This document shows, piece by piece, positions 8,824 to 17,428 of a stretch of DNA of 64,000 bases (positions are counted from its first letter, which is position 1; each line of letters starts with the position of its first letter). The translations under genes were made by a program, and so were the position numbers. The notes under the pieces are model-generated. The model worked only from the letters and a program-made list of their open reading frames with translations, had not been told where the DNA came from and made no database searches. Origin of the DNA: a plasmid; sequence record NZ_CP067423.1; one strand, written 5' to 3'.

Positions 8824-10140
8824 ATGCAGACGCATACCCCAACGACGCCCTTTGGGCGGCGAACGATGTCACTTGGCATGATGGCAAGCCAGGCTGTGGC
8901 AAAATCGGCACCGGCTGGCGCCCAGGTCCAGAAATGGAAAGTGTTCCAGACGATCCGGGAAGCGCGCGAGCTGATCGGCGCTACGGACCGCGCACTCGCC
9001 ATTCTCAACGCGCTGCTCTCGTTTCATCCGGAAACGGAGCTCACAGGCGACGGCGAACTGATCGTCTGGCCGTCCAACGAGCAACTCATGGCCCGTGCGA
9101 ACGGAATGCCGGCGACGACGCTACGGCGCCACCTGGCCGTCCTGGTCGACTGCGGGCTGATCATCCGCAGAGATAGTCCGAACGGCAAGCGCTTCGCCCG
9201 CAAGGGCAGGGGAGGTCAAGTCGAACAGGCCTACGGGTTCGACCTGGCGCCGATCGTTGCCCGGGCCGGGGAATTCAAGGAGCTGGCGGACACCGTCCGG
9301 GCCGAGAAGAACGCCCTTCGGATCGCCAAGGAGCGTCTCACGCTCCTGCGCCGCGATATCGTCAAGCTCATCGAGACTGGCATCGAGGAGAACGTTCCGG
9401 GCAATTGGGGCAGGGTCTACCAGACCTATCAGGCCATCGTCTGCCGCTTGCCGCGCTCAGCGCCGAGGCAACTCATCGAGGATATCTGCTGCGATCTTCA
9501 CGGCCTCTACACGGAGATCCTCGAGGTATTGGAATCATTTGCAAAAACACAGAATCCGGACGCCAATGAGTCCCATTCTGGTCGCCACATACAGAATTCA
9601 AACCCAGACTCCATATTTGAATCTGAAGACCGCTCTCGAAATAAGAATGAAGCGGGCGGCAGCGCCGCGGAAACCGACAACGTACGGAGCTTGCCGAAGC
9701 GAGAATTGCCTTTGGGCATTGTGCTGGACGCCTGCCCCAACCTGCGAGAATTGACGCAAGGCGGGGAAATCCGTCACTGGCGCGACTTTCTGGCCGCGGC
9801 GGAACTGGCCCGGCCGATGCTGGCAATCAGTCCCAGCGCGTGGCGGGACGCCTGCGAGGTCATGGGCGAACAGCACGCGGCGATCACCCTTGCCGCGATC
9901 TACCAGCGATCAGACCAGATCAACAGCGCCGGCGGCTATCTGCGCAGCCTGACCGACAAGGCAAGGGACGGCAAATTCTCGACCTGGCCAATGATCATGG
10001 CACTGCTGCGCGCCAAGCTGGACGCCGACAAATCGGCGGAGAAAACCGGCCACGAACCGCGAAGCGGCGGTGAAAGCGGGGAAGGGCGGCTCGAAGTCTC
10101 GGAAGCCCTTCTGCGGTCGCTGAACAAGCCCAGATCGTGA
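8824..10140 (+). CDS. repC: RepC replication initiator
   Basis: 438-aa product beginning MQTHTPTTPFGRR, in canonical position after repB. Confidence 0.9.
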   Translation: MQTHTPTTPFGRRTMSLGMMASQAVAKSAPAGAQVQKWKVFQTIREARELIGATDRALAILNALLSFHPETELTGDGELIVWPSNEQLMARANGMPATTLRRHLAVLVDCGLIIRRDSPNGKRFARKGRGGQVEQAYGFDLAPIVARAGEFKELADTVRAEKNALRIAKERLTLLRRDIVKLIETGIEENVPGNWGRVYQTYQAIVCRLPRSAPRQLIEDICCDLHGLYTEILEVLESFAKTQNPDANESHSGRHIQNSNPDSIFESEDRSRNKNEAGGSAAETDNVRSLPKRELPLGIVLDACPNLRELTQGGEIRHWRDFLAAAELARPMLAISPSAWRDACEVMGEQHAAITLAAIYQRSDQINSAGGYLRSLTDKARDGKFSTWPMIMALLRAKLDADKSAEKTGHEPRSGGESGEGRLEVSEALLRSLNKPRS

Positions 10141-10384
10141 TGATTGATAGATTTGAATTCCGCGGGCGGCAACTCGGTCAGTCTCTGTCGTCGTCGATCA
10201 GACCGTCAAAAGTTTCGAGCAGTGCATCGATGATCGATTGGCCAAGGGCATTTGCAGCTTCGCCCATCCGGGCATCGTCTCCGCACCGCGCCGCAGAAGC
10301 GAGCTCCGAACCCTGCTCGGTCAGGATCGACTTGGTTCGCTCGATGGCCCATTGGGCGAAATCGTCGCGGCTGTTGACGGACGT

Positions 10385-11490
10385 TGGTGCAGAAATCAGG
10401 ATGGGGCCGGATTACCCCCTTTCCCGCGGCGGTCAGGCGATCCGGCGGGACACCGGCATGCCGAGGCCGGTCATGATGTTGATGACCTTACATCCGGCGG
10501 TTGCCTCGACCTTCTGGGCAGGCAGACTCCGACCCCGCAGGCTGCGGCCAATCAGGGCCTTGTACCGAAACACCGCCACTTCGACCAAGGATCTTTTCCC
10601 GTAGCCGACGGCCCGCTGCCATCCCAGCCGACCACGCTCCTCGATCAGCTGGATGTGGCGGTCGCGCTGGGTCGGCTCGGTGTCCGCCGCGGCGCTCGGC
10701 ACCGCGGTCGAGCGGGGCGGGATGACCACGGCGGCGTCGGGAGTGTGCCCGGCGACGGAGCGGTAGACCGGCTCCCCATCGTATGCGCCGTCGGCGAACA
10801 CCGCGGAGATCGGGCGGTCGATCTGATCGAGCAGCGGGCCGACCCGCGACGCGTCGCCCTCGTCCATGGTGGTCAGCTCCGAGGCGAGGATCTCGCCGCT
10901 GTCGGGATCGATCGCCAAGTGGAGCTTGCGCCAGGTCCGTCGCGGCTTGCCGCCGTGTTTCTCGTGCAGCCACTCGCCGGCCCCGAACACCTTCAGGCCG
11001 GTGCTGTCGATCACCACGGTCACCGATCCGTTCGCCCGTTTCAGCGCCGCCGCGATCCCCAGGTCGACGCCGCGGCGCGAGAAGGTCGTATGGTCCGGGA
11101 CCGGCAGCTCCAGGCCGAGCAGCCCCATGACCGACTTCAGCATGCCTTCGGTCTGACGCCATGGACGACCAAAGGCCAGGCGCAACATCAGCCCGGCCTC
11201 GATGGCGATGTCCGAATAGCTTCGCGGCCGGCCGCGTTTGCCTGACCGGGCCGGTGTCCAGGCCGCGAGCGCCTCGGGCGTCACCCAGACCGTCAGGCTG
11301 CCCCGTCGCTGAAGTGCGGCATCATACTCGGCCCAGTTGTCAATCTTGTAGCGCGCCTTCGGGATCTTGTGGCGGCGGGGTTCGTTCGCCTTGTAGGGCA
11401 TGCAAATCTCGAGGGGCGACAGGCGGGCGGCCCCTATACGCGACCTGACTCCCGGACGCCAGCTCGATCACCATTTTCGCACCAATGTCC
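10385..11490 (-). mobile_element. IS5-family (IS903-group) insertion sequence, ~1.1 kb
   Basis: Imperfect terminal inverted repeats GGACGTTGGTGCAGAAAT (10385-) and GGACATTGGTGCGAAAAT (reverse complement of ..11490) flank a single transposase ORF. No 9-bp target duplication was found. Confidence 0.7.
10433..11401 (-). CDS. DDE transposase, IS5 family (IS903-like)
   Basis: N-terminus MPYKANEPRRHKIPKARYKIDNWAEYDAALQRRGSLTVWVTPEALAAW parallels the IS903 transposase (RYRISNWSEYN..LINRGSLTFW). 322 aa in one frame. Confidence 0.85.
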   Translation of the reverse strand: MPYKANEPRRHKIPKARYKIDNWAEYDAALQRRGSLTVWVTPEALAAWTPARSGKRGRPRSYSDIAIEAGLMLRLAFGRPWRQTEGMLKSVMGLLGLELPVPDHTTFSRRGVDLGIAAALKRANGSVTVVIDSTGLKVFGAGEWLHEKHGGKPRRTWRKLHLAIDPDSGEILASELTTMDEGDASRVGPLLDQIDRPISAVFADGAYDGEPVYRSVAGHTPDAAVVIPPRSTAVPSAAADTEPTQRDRHIQLIEERGRLGWQRAVGYGKRSLVEVAVFRYKALIGRSLRGRSLPAQKVEATAGCKVINIMTGLGMPVSRRIA

Positions 11491-12283
11491 CGCCCAGGCG
11501 CTCCTTGCCGCCGCTCGAGGTCTGGCGCGGCACCAGGCCGAGCCAGGCCGCCAGATGGCGACCGGACTCGAAGACCGTGGCGTCGCCGACCGTCGCCGTC
11601 AGCGCCGTCGCGGTGATCGGGCCGATGCCGGGAACCGTCATCAGCCGCTGACACGCCTCGTCCGCCTTCGCCTGCTCAGCCAGCCGGGCGTCGAGGTCCT
11701 CGACCCGGCGTTCGGTGTCGCGCAGCTGGTCGACAAGACTCTGAAGAATGCTTCGCGCCAGAGCGGGAACCCGGGTGTCCTCCAGGTCGGCCACCACGGC
11801 GGTCAGCTGCGCGACCTTGCCGGCGCCCTCGGGGGCGATGATGCCGAACTCGGCGAGATGGGCGCGCAGCGCGTTGATCAGCTGGGTCTTCTGGGCGACC
11901 AGCGTCTCGCGCACCCGGTGGATCGCCAGCGTGCTCTGCTGCTCCTCGGTCTTGACCGCAACAAAGCGCATGCTCGGTCGCTGCATCGCCTCGCAGATCG
12001 CTTCCGCGTCGGCCCGGTCGTTCTTCTGGCGCTTCACGTAGGGCTTGACGTACTGCGGCGCCATCAGCCGCACCGTGTGGCCGAGCCGGGTAAGTTCCCG
12101 TGCCCAAAAATGCGACCCGGCACACGCCTCCATTCCAACCACGCACGGCGTCAGGTTGGCGAAAAACGCCAGCACCGCGTCTCGCCGCAGACGCTTCGTC
12201 ACCACCACCTTGCCCTGAACGTCGATGCCATGAACCTGAAACACCGACTTCGCCAGATCGAGACCGATGAATGCCGCGGACAT
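11468..12283 (-). pseudogene. IS110-family transposase gene, 3'-truncated where it abuts the IS5 element
   Basis: DEDD N-domain and HhH region (MTVPGIGPITATAL) are present. The reading frame leaves IS110-like sequence after ...SSGGKERLGG and runs into the IS5 terminal repeat (TLVRKW*). About 60-75 C-terminal residues are missing. Confidence 0.7.
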
Positions 12284-12394
12284 CGCACACTCTCCGGGAT
12301 GAAAGGGACCTATCCGTTACGTGGCACTGACGTGCCAGATGCGGGAGGCCGTCCACCTCATCACTCCAAGGTGAACCGGTAACATTATTTCAGC

Positions 12395-13027
12395 TCAGTT
12401 GGAAGCGTGCTCACGCTCTTCTACCACGCGTTTCTCGTCTTCTGTTCCGTTAAGAGCTTCAAGCGCTCGATCGATATCCTCCAAGCGTTTTAGCAGTTTG
12501 ATGCGCTCCAGCTTAAGCTGATGACGTTGTGCTTCTAAATCAATAGGCTGCGGAGCACGGACGCGTCGTTTGAATTGCAGAATATCCTCTCGCCGCATCT
12601 CTGGCTGTATTATGCCTTCTTTCAGCGCTTGAACACGTTCCTCTGAAGTTAGAGTCGTAATTTGGTAACACGTCTCCGAAGCATTGGGCAGTAAGTTTAA
12701 CGGCAGTTCTTCAGCTTCGATAAACCGAGCTACACTCATCAGCTTATTAGCGGACTGGTGGCTAAATGGCAGGTCGGATGCTACCATCGCCATAAACTCG
12801 CCGTGCTGCAGCCTGTCCTTCGCGGCAAGTAGGTAGCGCCCGATGAGTAGAAAGCTTTCTTGACTTTCCGTCCAAGCACGTCGAATTTCCGCAGCAAATT
12901 CCTCGCGTGCGAGGAGTTTAGCTGGATCGCGTGGAGGTGTGAGACGTGGTGCCAGTATGCCAATTGGGGCGAGGATCTCTCCGGCGTCCTCAGTCGTCAT
13001 GATACGCGGCGTTTGTTTCCTAGCCAT
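12395..13027 (-). CDS. hypothetical protein, possible partition partner (ParB role) of the adjacent small ParA
   Basis: 210-aa ORF overlapping the parA stop by 8 bp in the same operon, with a C-terminal coiled-coil region. Assignment is by position only. Confidence 0.4.
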   Translation of the reverse strand: MARKQTPRIMTTEDAGEILAPIGILAPRLTPPRDPAKLLAREEFAAEIRRAWTESQESFLLIGRYLLAAKDRLQHGEFMAMVASDLPFSHQSANKLMSVARFIEAEELPLNLLPNASETCYQITTLTSEERVQALKEGIIQPEMRREDILQFKRRVRAPQPIDLEAQRHQLKLERIKLLKRLEDIDRALEALNGTEDEKRVVEEREHASN

Positions 13028-13652
13028 GGATCATAGCCTCTACCGCCTGGGCCAACTCGGCGAAATCGTTGCGAACTGCAGCATCGTCCAATGGCATCCC
13101 GAAGAACGAGTAGTTCTGATAAGCTGCGCGAAGCGGCACCTCAGCGCTGAGCAACGGCACTTTGAACGCAGCAAGTTGCTCGCGAGCGAACCCTGCGGCT
13201 TGAGTTCGCTTATTAACCTGCATCAGCACAGCAGCCGCTGGGATCATGATATTAGGCTTATATCGTTGTGCCTGCCGTTCTGCGGTGGTGACATGCTGAT
13301 ACGTCCGTGCTGCTTCGATAGCATCTTTCTGGTCAGGTCGGGCTGGAATTAGAACGGCGCTTGCTACCCCGATAGCGTAGACTAGTCCGCGCGCTAGTGC
13401 TCCGGCGACGTCAATAACAACCACCTCAGAACGCTGTTCAGCCTCAGACGCAGCATCGACGAGGTCATCTTCGTCTACGACAGTCCATGGAATGGGTGAT
13501 TTCGCTCCCTTGAGCCACTGACTCAAGTTGCGATTGGGATCGACATCCAGAACCTCTACGGATTTTCCCGTTCGGTGCCAATGATCTGCCAGACACAGTG
13601 TCAGAGTGGTTTTTCCTGGGCCACCCTTGGTGGAAGCAACCGTAATGATCAT
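13020..13652 (-). CDS. parA: small ParA/Soj-family partition ATPase (type Ib)
   Basis: N-terminal MIITVASTKGGPGKTT deviant Walker A in a 210-aa product. It diverges from the iteron origin region. Confidence 0.85.
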   Translation of the reverse strand: MIITVASTKGGPGKTTLTLCLADHWHRTGKSVEVLDVDPNRNLSQWLKGAKSPIPWTVVDEDDLVDAASEAEQRSEVVVIDVAGALARGLVYAIGVASAVLIPARPDQKDAIEAARTYQHVTTAERQAQRYKPNIMIPAAAVLMQVNKRTQAAGFAREQLAAFKVPLLSAEVPLRAAYQNYSFFGMPLDDAAVRNDFAELAQAVEAMIHG

Positions 13653-13769
13653 GTCCTAAACTTCCGCGCCTGATTCCTATGCCACCCTGCGTCTCTCACC
13701 ATTGAGTGTCAAGCGTTGGGAGCTGATAAGAACGATGATAGTTATCTAGTTCAGCGGTTAAACGGCTAC

Positions 13770-14190
13770 GCCGTTACGGAGCCGAATCAATTTTCAAAAT
13801 CAATATCTTATACCTAATTGCGTGGATCAAATGACGAAGGCTTGTGGAGCAAACGACGAGTCTCTGTGGATGTCATGCCTAATTGATGTGGATCAAATGA
13901 CGAGTTGAGGTGAGCGTCGCGACATCCTCCTTTCTAACGTGGATCAAATGACGACATCGCGACTGTGGATAAGTGGCTAGTCTGGATTGGAATGTGGATC
14001 AAATGACGAGGAGCGTGGGTCTGCTGACGAGAAACGTGGATGTAATGACGAGCCACCTTGGTGTGGGCAGCCTCCGAAGACCCGACAAACCCAAAAAGTT
14101 CGTCATTTGATCCACATCGTTACGTTTATCCGTGCCGCTTGGGAGGGCTAGAGGCATGATGGTAGATGTTGGAGACAGTTATCGTCATTA
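13770..14190. repeat. iteron-type replication origin (oriV): AT-rich tract, 16-bp iterons GTGGATCAAATGACGA on a 21-22-bp period, two inverted copies near the rep start
   Basis: Exact direct copies at 13822, 13888, 13939 and 13994. Variants at 13844, 13866 and 14036. Inverted copies at ~14100 and ~14172. AT-rich aatcaattttcaaaatcaatatc at 13775-13815. Confidence 0.8.
13964..13972 (-). promoter_or_regulatory. perfect DnaA box (TTATCCACA on minus strand) inside the iteron array
   Basis: Plus strand reads tgtggataa, an exact reverse complement of the DnaA box consensus. Confidence 0.5.
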
Positions 14191-14211
14191 CGTCCACATC
14201 ATTGGTGCCCC

Positions 14212-15144
14212 ATGCAGCCTGACCAGCTTGCCCTTCAGCTAGACAGCCCACTTATGGGCAAGGCAAAGAATGATCGCAATTTGATGGTTTACGCGTGGTT
14301 CGGCTTGAACCGTGAAAAGCAAACTGAGCTTCCGATCTACGACGATGGAAAAGTTCGCATCGAAGTTACCGGTACGAAGCATGGGATCGCTAATATCTGG
14401 GATGCTGAGCTGCTTATTTATCTAGCTTCGATCATTCAGGAACGTATCAACCTTGGTGTAGTACCTGAGCCATTGGTGAGTTTCGCTGCACATGATTTCT
14501 TCCGTATCACTGAGACGAAGCCGGGCGGCAGTTCCTATGACCGGCTTGAGGAAGCCTTGGCACGATTGCGAGGCACGCTGATCCGCACCAACATCGAGAC
14601 GGGAGGCGAAGGAGAGTCGGAAGGTTTCGGTTGGATCGACAGCTATAAGATCCAGTACCGTCGCGGCCGCGATGGCGAGAAGATCATGAAGGCCGTACAA
14701 GTCAGGATTTGCGATTGGCTATTCCGTGCCATCGTTAAGGATCGGCGCATGCTGACCTATGATCCACGATACTTCAAGTTAGCGCCGCTTGAGAAGCGGC
14801 TCTATGAAATCGCCCGAGCGCACTGCGGCAACCAAAATGGTTTTAAGATCAACCTGCTGAAGCTTCACCGCCGGATCGGTACGGCGATGGAGCCACGGTT
14901 CTTTAAGGCGCAACTGGTAAAGATGGCAAAGCGGAAAAACCCGCTACCCGAGTATGGCTTTATGCTGGTCGACCCACGCGTCAAGTTGTCGGTGGATAAA
15001 AAAGCGTTGCCGCCACCCGGCCGCACTCCGCTCAAATCATGGATGGTGTTTTTTTTCAGAACTGATCGCCTCTCGAGTATGCCTCCGTTTGCTACAGCGC
15101 CAGAGGTTGAGGACGACTTCCCTGTATCGGAACTGCCAAGCTAA
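14212..15144 (+). CDS. plasmid replication initiator protein (RPA / replication initiator protein A family-like)
   Basis: 310-aa ORF immediately downstream of the iterons. The motif GIANIWDAELLIYLASII resembles the conserved IWDADxLIW motif of alpha-proteobacterial iteron Rep proteins. Divergent from parA. Confidence 0.7.
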   Translation: MQPDQLALQLDSPLMGKAKNDRNLMVYAWFGLNREKQTELPIYDDGKVRIEVTGTKHGIANIWDAELLIYLASIIQERINLGVVPEPLVSFAAHDFFRITETKPGGSSYDRLEEALARLRGTLIRTNIETGGEGESEGFGWIDSYKIQYRRGRDGEKIMKAVQVRICDWLFRAIVKDRRMLTYDPRYFKLAPLEKRLYEIARAHCGNQNGFKINLLKLHRRIGTAMEPRFFKAQLVKMAKRKNPLPEYGFMLVDPRVKLSVDKKALPPPGRTPLKSWMVFFFRTDRLSSMPPFATAPEVEDDFPVSELPS

Positions 15145-15789
15145 TCGTGAGGGTGTACGGGAACGGTAATCAGCCGTATTCTGTATTACCAAATGTTTAC
15201 GCTGCTGAATCTTGAACAAACTAGCAACACGATCTGCCCCGCACTCGTGGTGTTTATACCGTAACAGGCATCACTGAGTATTCTCGTCGTCAGAAACACA
15301 ACTGATGCCAAAAGTCGGTCGGCTGAGGCCGCCAACGAGCGGCCGACCAGTTTCGTGACGTCGGACGTCAAGTAGCTTCGCAGGGACCCATCTGCAGCTC
15401 GGCTTCCGCTAGCTGGGGAATTGGCGATTTGCTCCGGGCGAAGATGGGTGGAAGCTGCTTGACGCCCACAGGCAGAAGACCCTCAAGCCCGTGTTCGCGT
15501 TCTCTGGGCAGACGCCTTGAATTTTTCTGGTTTTCGCGCCTTGTACCGGGCAGATTCCGGGCGTGTGTCTAGGAATTTTCCGGGCGTGCTGCGGCCTCGA
15601 TAACACTCAGAACGAGTTTGGGCGTTGATACGCCGAGCTTTTTCAGCAGCTTGGCCAGCTCCGAGCCGATCCGGGTGCGCTGAACAATAGCCCGGCTTTC
15701 CGTCCGATAGCGCACCGCCTTCAGGCAGTCGAGCGCATGGGCGATGCGCGCCCACGGCAGCGCGCAGCGGATCTCGGCGGCCTGCTGCA

Positions 15790-16260
15790 TCTGCAAGGCC
15801 AACACACAGCTTCACGTGCGCCTCGATCCGCCGCGCCGTCCAGTGGAACATCGGCCGCACTTCATGCTCGCTCTGCTTCATGCGGCGGAAGCAGGACTCA
15901 ATGATCCAAGCGCCTTTGTATCCCAGGGCTACGTTCTCGGACGACAGCGTATCGTCGTTGGTGATCACCACGAACTTGTCGCCGAACTTCTCAGCCGTCT
16001 TCACCTTGCCCGTATTCAGCTTTGGCCGTCTGCGTCAGTTGGTGCCGAGATAGCGGCCGTACCGGCGCGAGGCTATCAGCCGGCAGGCTGCCTTGGGGTG
16101 ATCGACATCCCACTCGTCGAGCAGCGTGATGACCACCTCGAGTTCGGCCAGGACCTGCTCGTGGTGCTGACGCTGGCTTTCGGCCTCTCGCGGGTTCATG
16201 CACAGCACGTAGCGCCGGCGCCGCTCGCCCTCCCGACGCGTTCGTGAGCTGAGCCGCCAT
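15790..16260 (-). pseudogene. fragmented DDE transposase (IS4/IS1634-like) remnants
   Basis: Minus-strand frames give ...RYVLCMNPREAESQRQHHEQVLAELE... and ...VVITNDDTLSSENVALGYKGAWIIESCFRRMKQ...FHWTARRIEAHVKLC (C-terminal Y..IE..FR..K region) in different frames. No intact ORF. Confidence 0.5.
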
Positions 16261-16290
16261 CATGCGGCGATCGGCTCGTCAGCGGTCGAG

Positions 16291-16758
16291 GTCAACAGGG
16301 TTCGTGGGGACCCGCGCGCACAAGCGCAGCGCGGAGCGTGGGCGGAACCCCGTTGACCCCCACGGCTCTGATATCCTAATAGCTCCCTGGTTTGATCCTT
16401 AAACCAGGGATGCCCTCCCGGCGAGGGATCCTAAAATCTCACTTCCTCATAACCGAATAACGGAAGCAGGTTGATCAGGGTAGACCGCCAGCCTCGTGGT
16501 TGGGGAAAGCGGGCCGTGTTAGGTGGGTTCGTCGACCTGACCGCAAGCCAGGATACCCCGCTCCACGTCACCTTGTCAGCCCGACGGCGTTCCTTTCTCA
16601 GGACTTTGACTGGAGCAAAGACAGTGCCCTCGTCAGGCCGGCATCTCCTCCGGTTGCTGGTGGCAGCCGGAGGGAAGCCAGGAGAATATTTGGTGGGACG
16701 GGGTCAACAGGATTCCGCCCACGCTCCGCTCTGCGCTTGTGCGCGCGGATTCCCGTGA
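16291..16758. repeat. ~470-bp element bounded by ~55-bp near-identical inverted repeats, hairpin-rich interior
   Basis: 16304-16360 (GGGGACCCGCGCGCACAAGCGCAGCGCGGAGCGTGGGCGGAACCCCGTTGACCCC) is ~90% identical to the reverse complement of 16703-16758. The left copy is itself palindromic. The interior has several stable stem-loops. Confidence 0.5.
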
Positions 16759-17061
16759 ACCTTAGCGCAAACAGTAGACGTCAGGCATGTTAGTACTGAT
16801 TAGCGATCGATGGTGATGTTGCTCAAGAGTCACACTAGCTGGGGCGAGGTCCATGCTGCATCTGATGATCATCGGAATTGCCGTGCTCGGCATGATCTGG
16901 AATGTGGACCTGGGCGCCCGGCCCTATGTCGACGTGGCAATGTGGCTTCTGTTCGCCGGGCTGATGTTTCACCTGGGTGACCGGTTCAACACCTGGCTGG
17001 ACCACTGGGCGGTCCGGCCCAGGTGGCGCCGGAACCGCCGCCGCGCAGCTGGACGGCCGGA

Positions 17062-17421
17062 TCACTCCGGCGCGTCGATCCCTCTCCTGGACAAGTAGTC
17101 CCGCAAGGAGCGCAGGAAGAACACGGACTGATGTACCCGGGCACGGCCGCACGCCTCCGCCATGGCAGCGGCCACCTCGGGGGTCAGTCGGATGTGGCGG
17201 GTCCGGATCTTGCGGCCGGGGATGGTGGCAACGAAGATGATCTCCTCGTCACTATCCAGCCGCTCGACCATTGCGCTGACAGCTTCGTCGTAGATGGCCC
17301 GCAGCGGCTGGCACCGCTGCTTCGCATAGGCACGCACGACATTCATCAATTCGTCCGACAACCCCGTCACGCTGGTCTCGGTCGTCGGGTAGGCAGGTCG
17401 TGGCACCGTCGCAATTTCCAT
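17062..17421 (-). CDS. hypothetical protein, last gene of the T4SS-2 operon (possible ribbon-helix-helix type regulator)
   Basis: 119 aa from MEIATVPRP; C-terminal KIRTRHIRLTPEVAAAMAEAC resembles RHH/CopG-like segments. Starts 8 bp after the trbI-like stop. Confidence 0.4.
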   Translation of the reverse strand: MEIATVPRPAYPTTETSVTGLSDELMNVVRAYAKQRCQPLRAIYDEAVSAMVERLDSDEEIIFVATIPGRKIRTRHIRLTPEVAAAMAEACGRARVHQSVFFLRSLRDYLSRRGIDAPE

Positions 17422-17428
17422 TGATTTG

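Noticed and set aside
10176-10384. 70-codon minus-strand reading frame continuing in-frame beyond the IS5 element, considered as the missing C-terminus of the IS110 transposase
   Set aside because: Its sequence (…DDFAQWAIERTKSILTEQG…DDDRD) does not resemble IS110-family C-termini (…ISKRGDRYLRRLLV.GA…) and the IS5 element lacks a target duplication. More likely an unrelated gene tail.
13820-14190. Possible CRISPR array because of regularly spaced repeats
   Set aside because: Repeats are only 16 bp on a 21-22-bp period with no unique spacers of CRISPR length, include inverted copies, and sit between parA and rep next to a DnaA box. These are iterons.
16291-16758. Group II intron fragment or retron msr/msd as explanation for the IR-flanked structured element
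   Set aside because: No reverse-transcriptase ORF nearby, no recognisable domain V (catalytic AGC / GAAA tetraloop helix). The inverted repeats are much longer than retron a1/a2 repeats.
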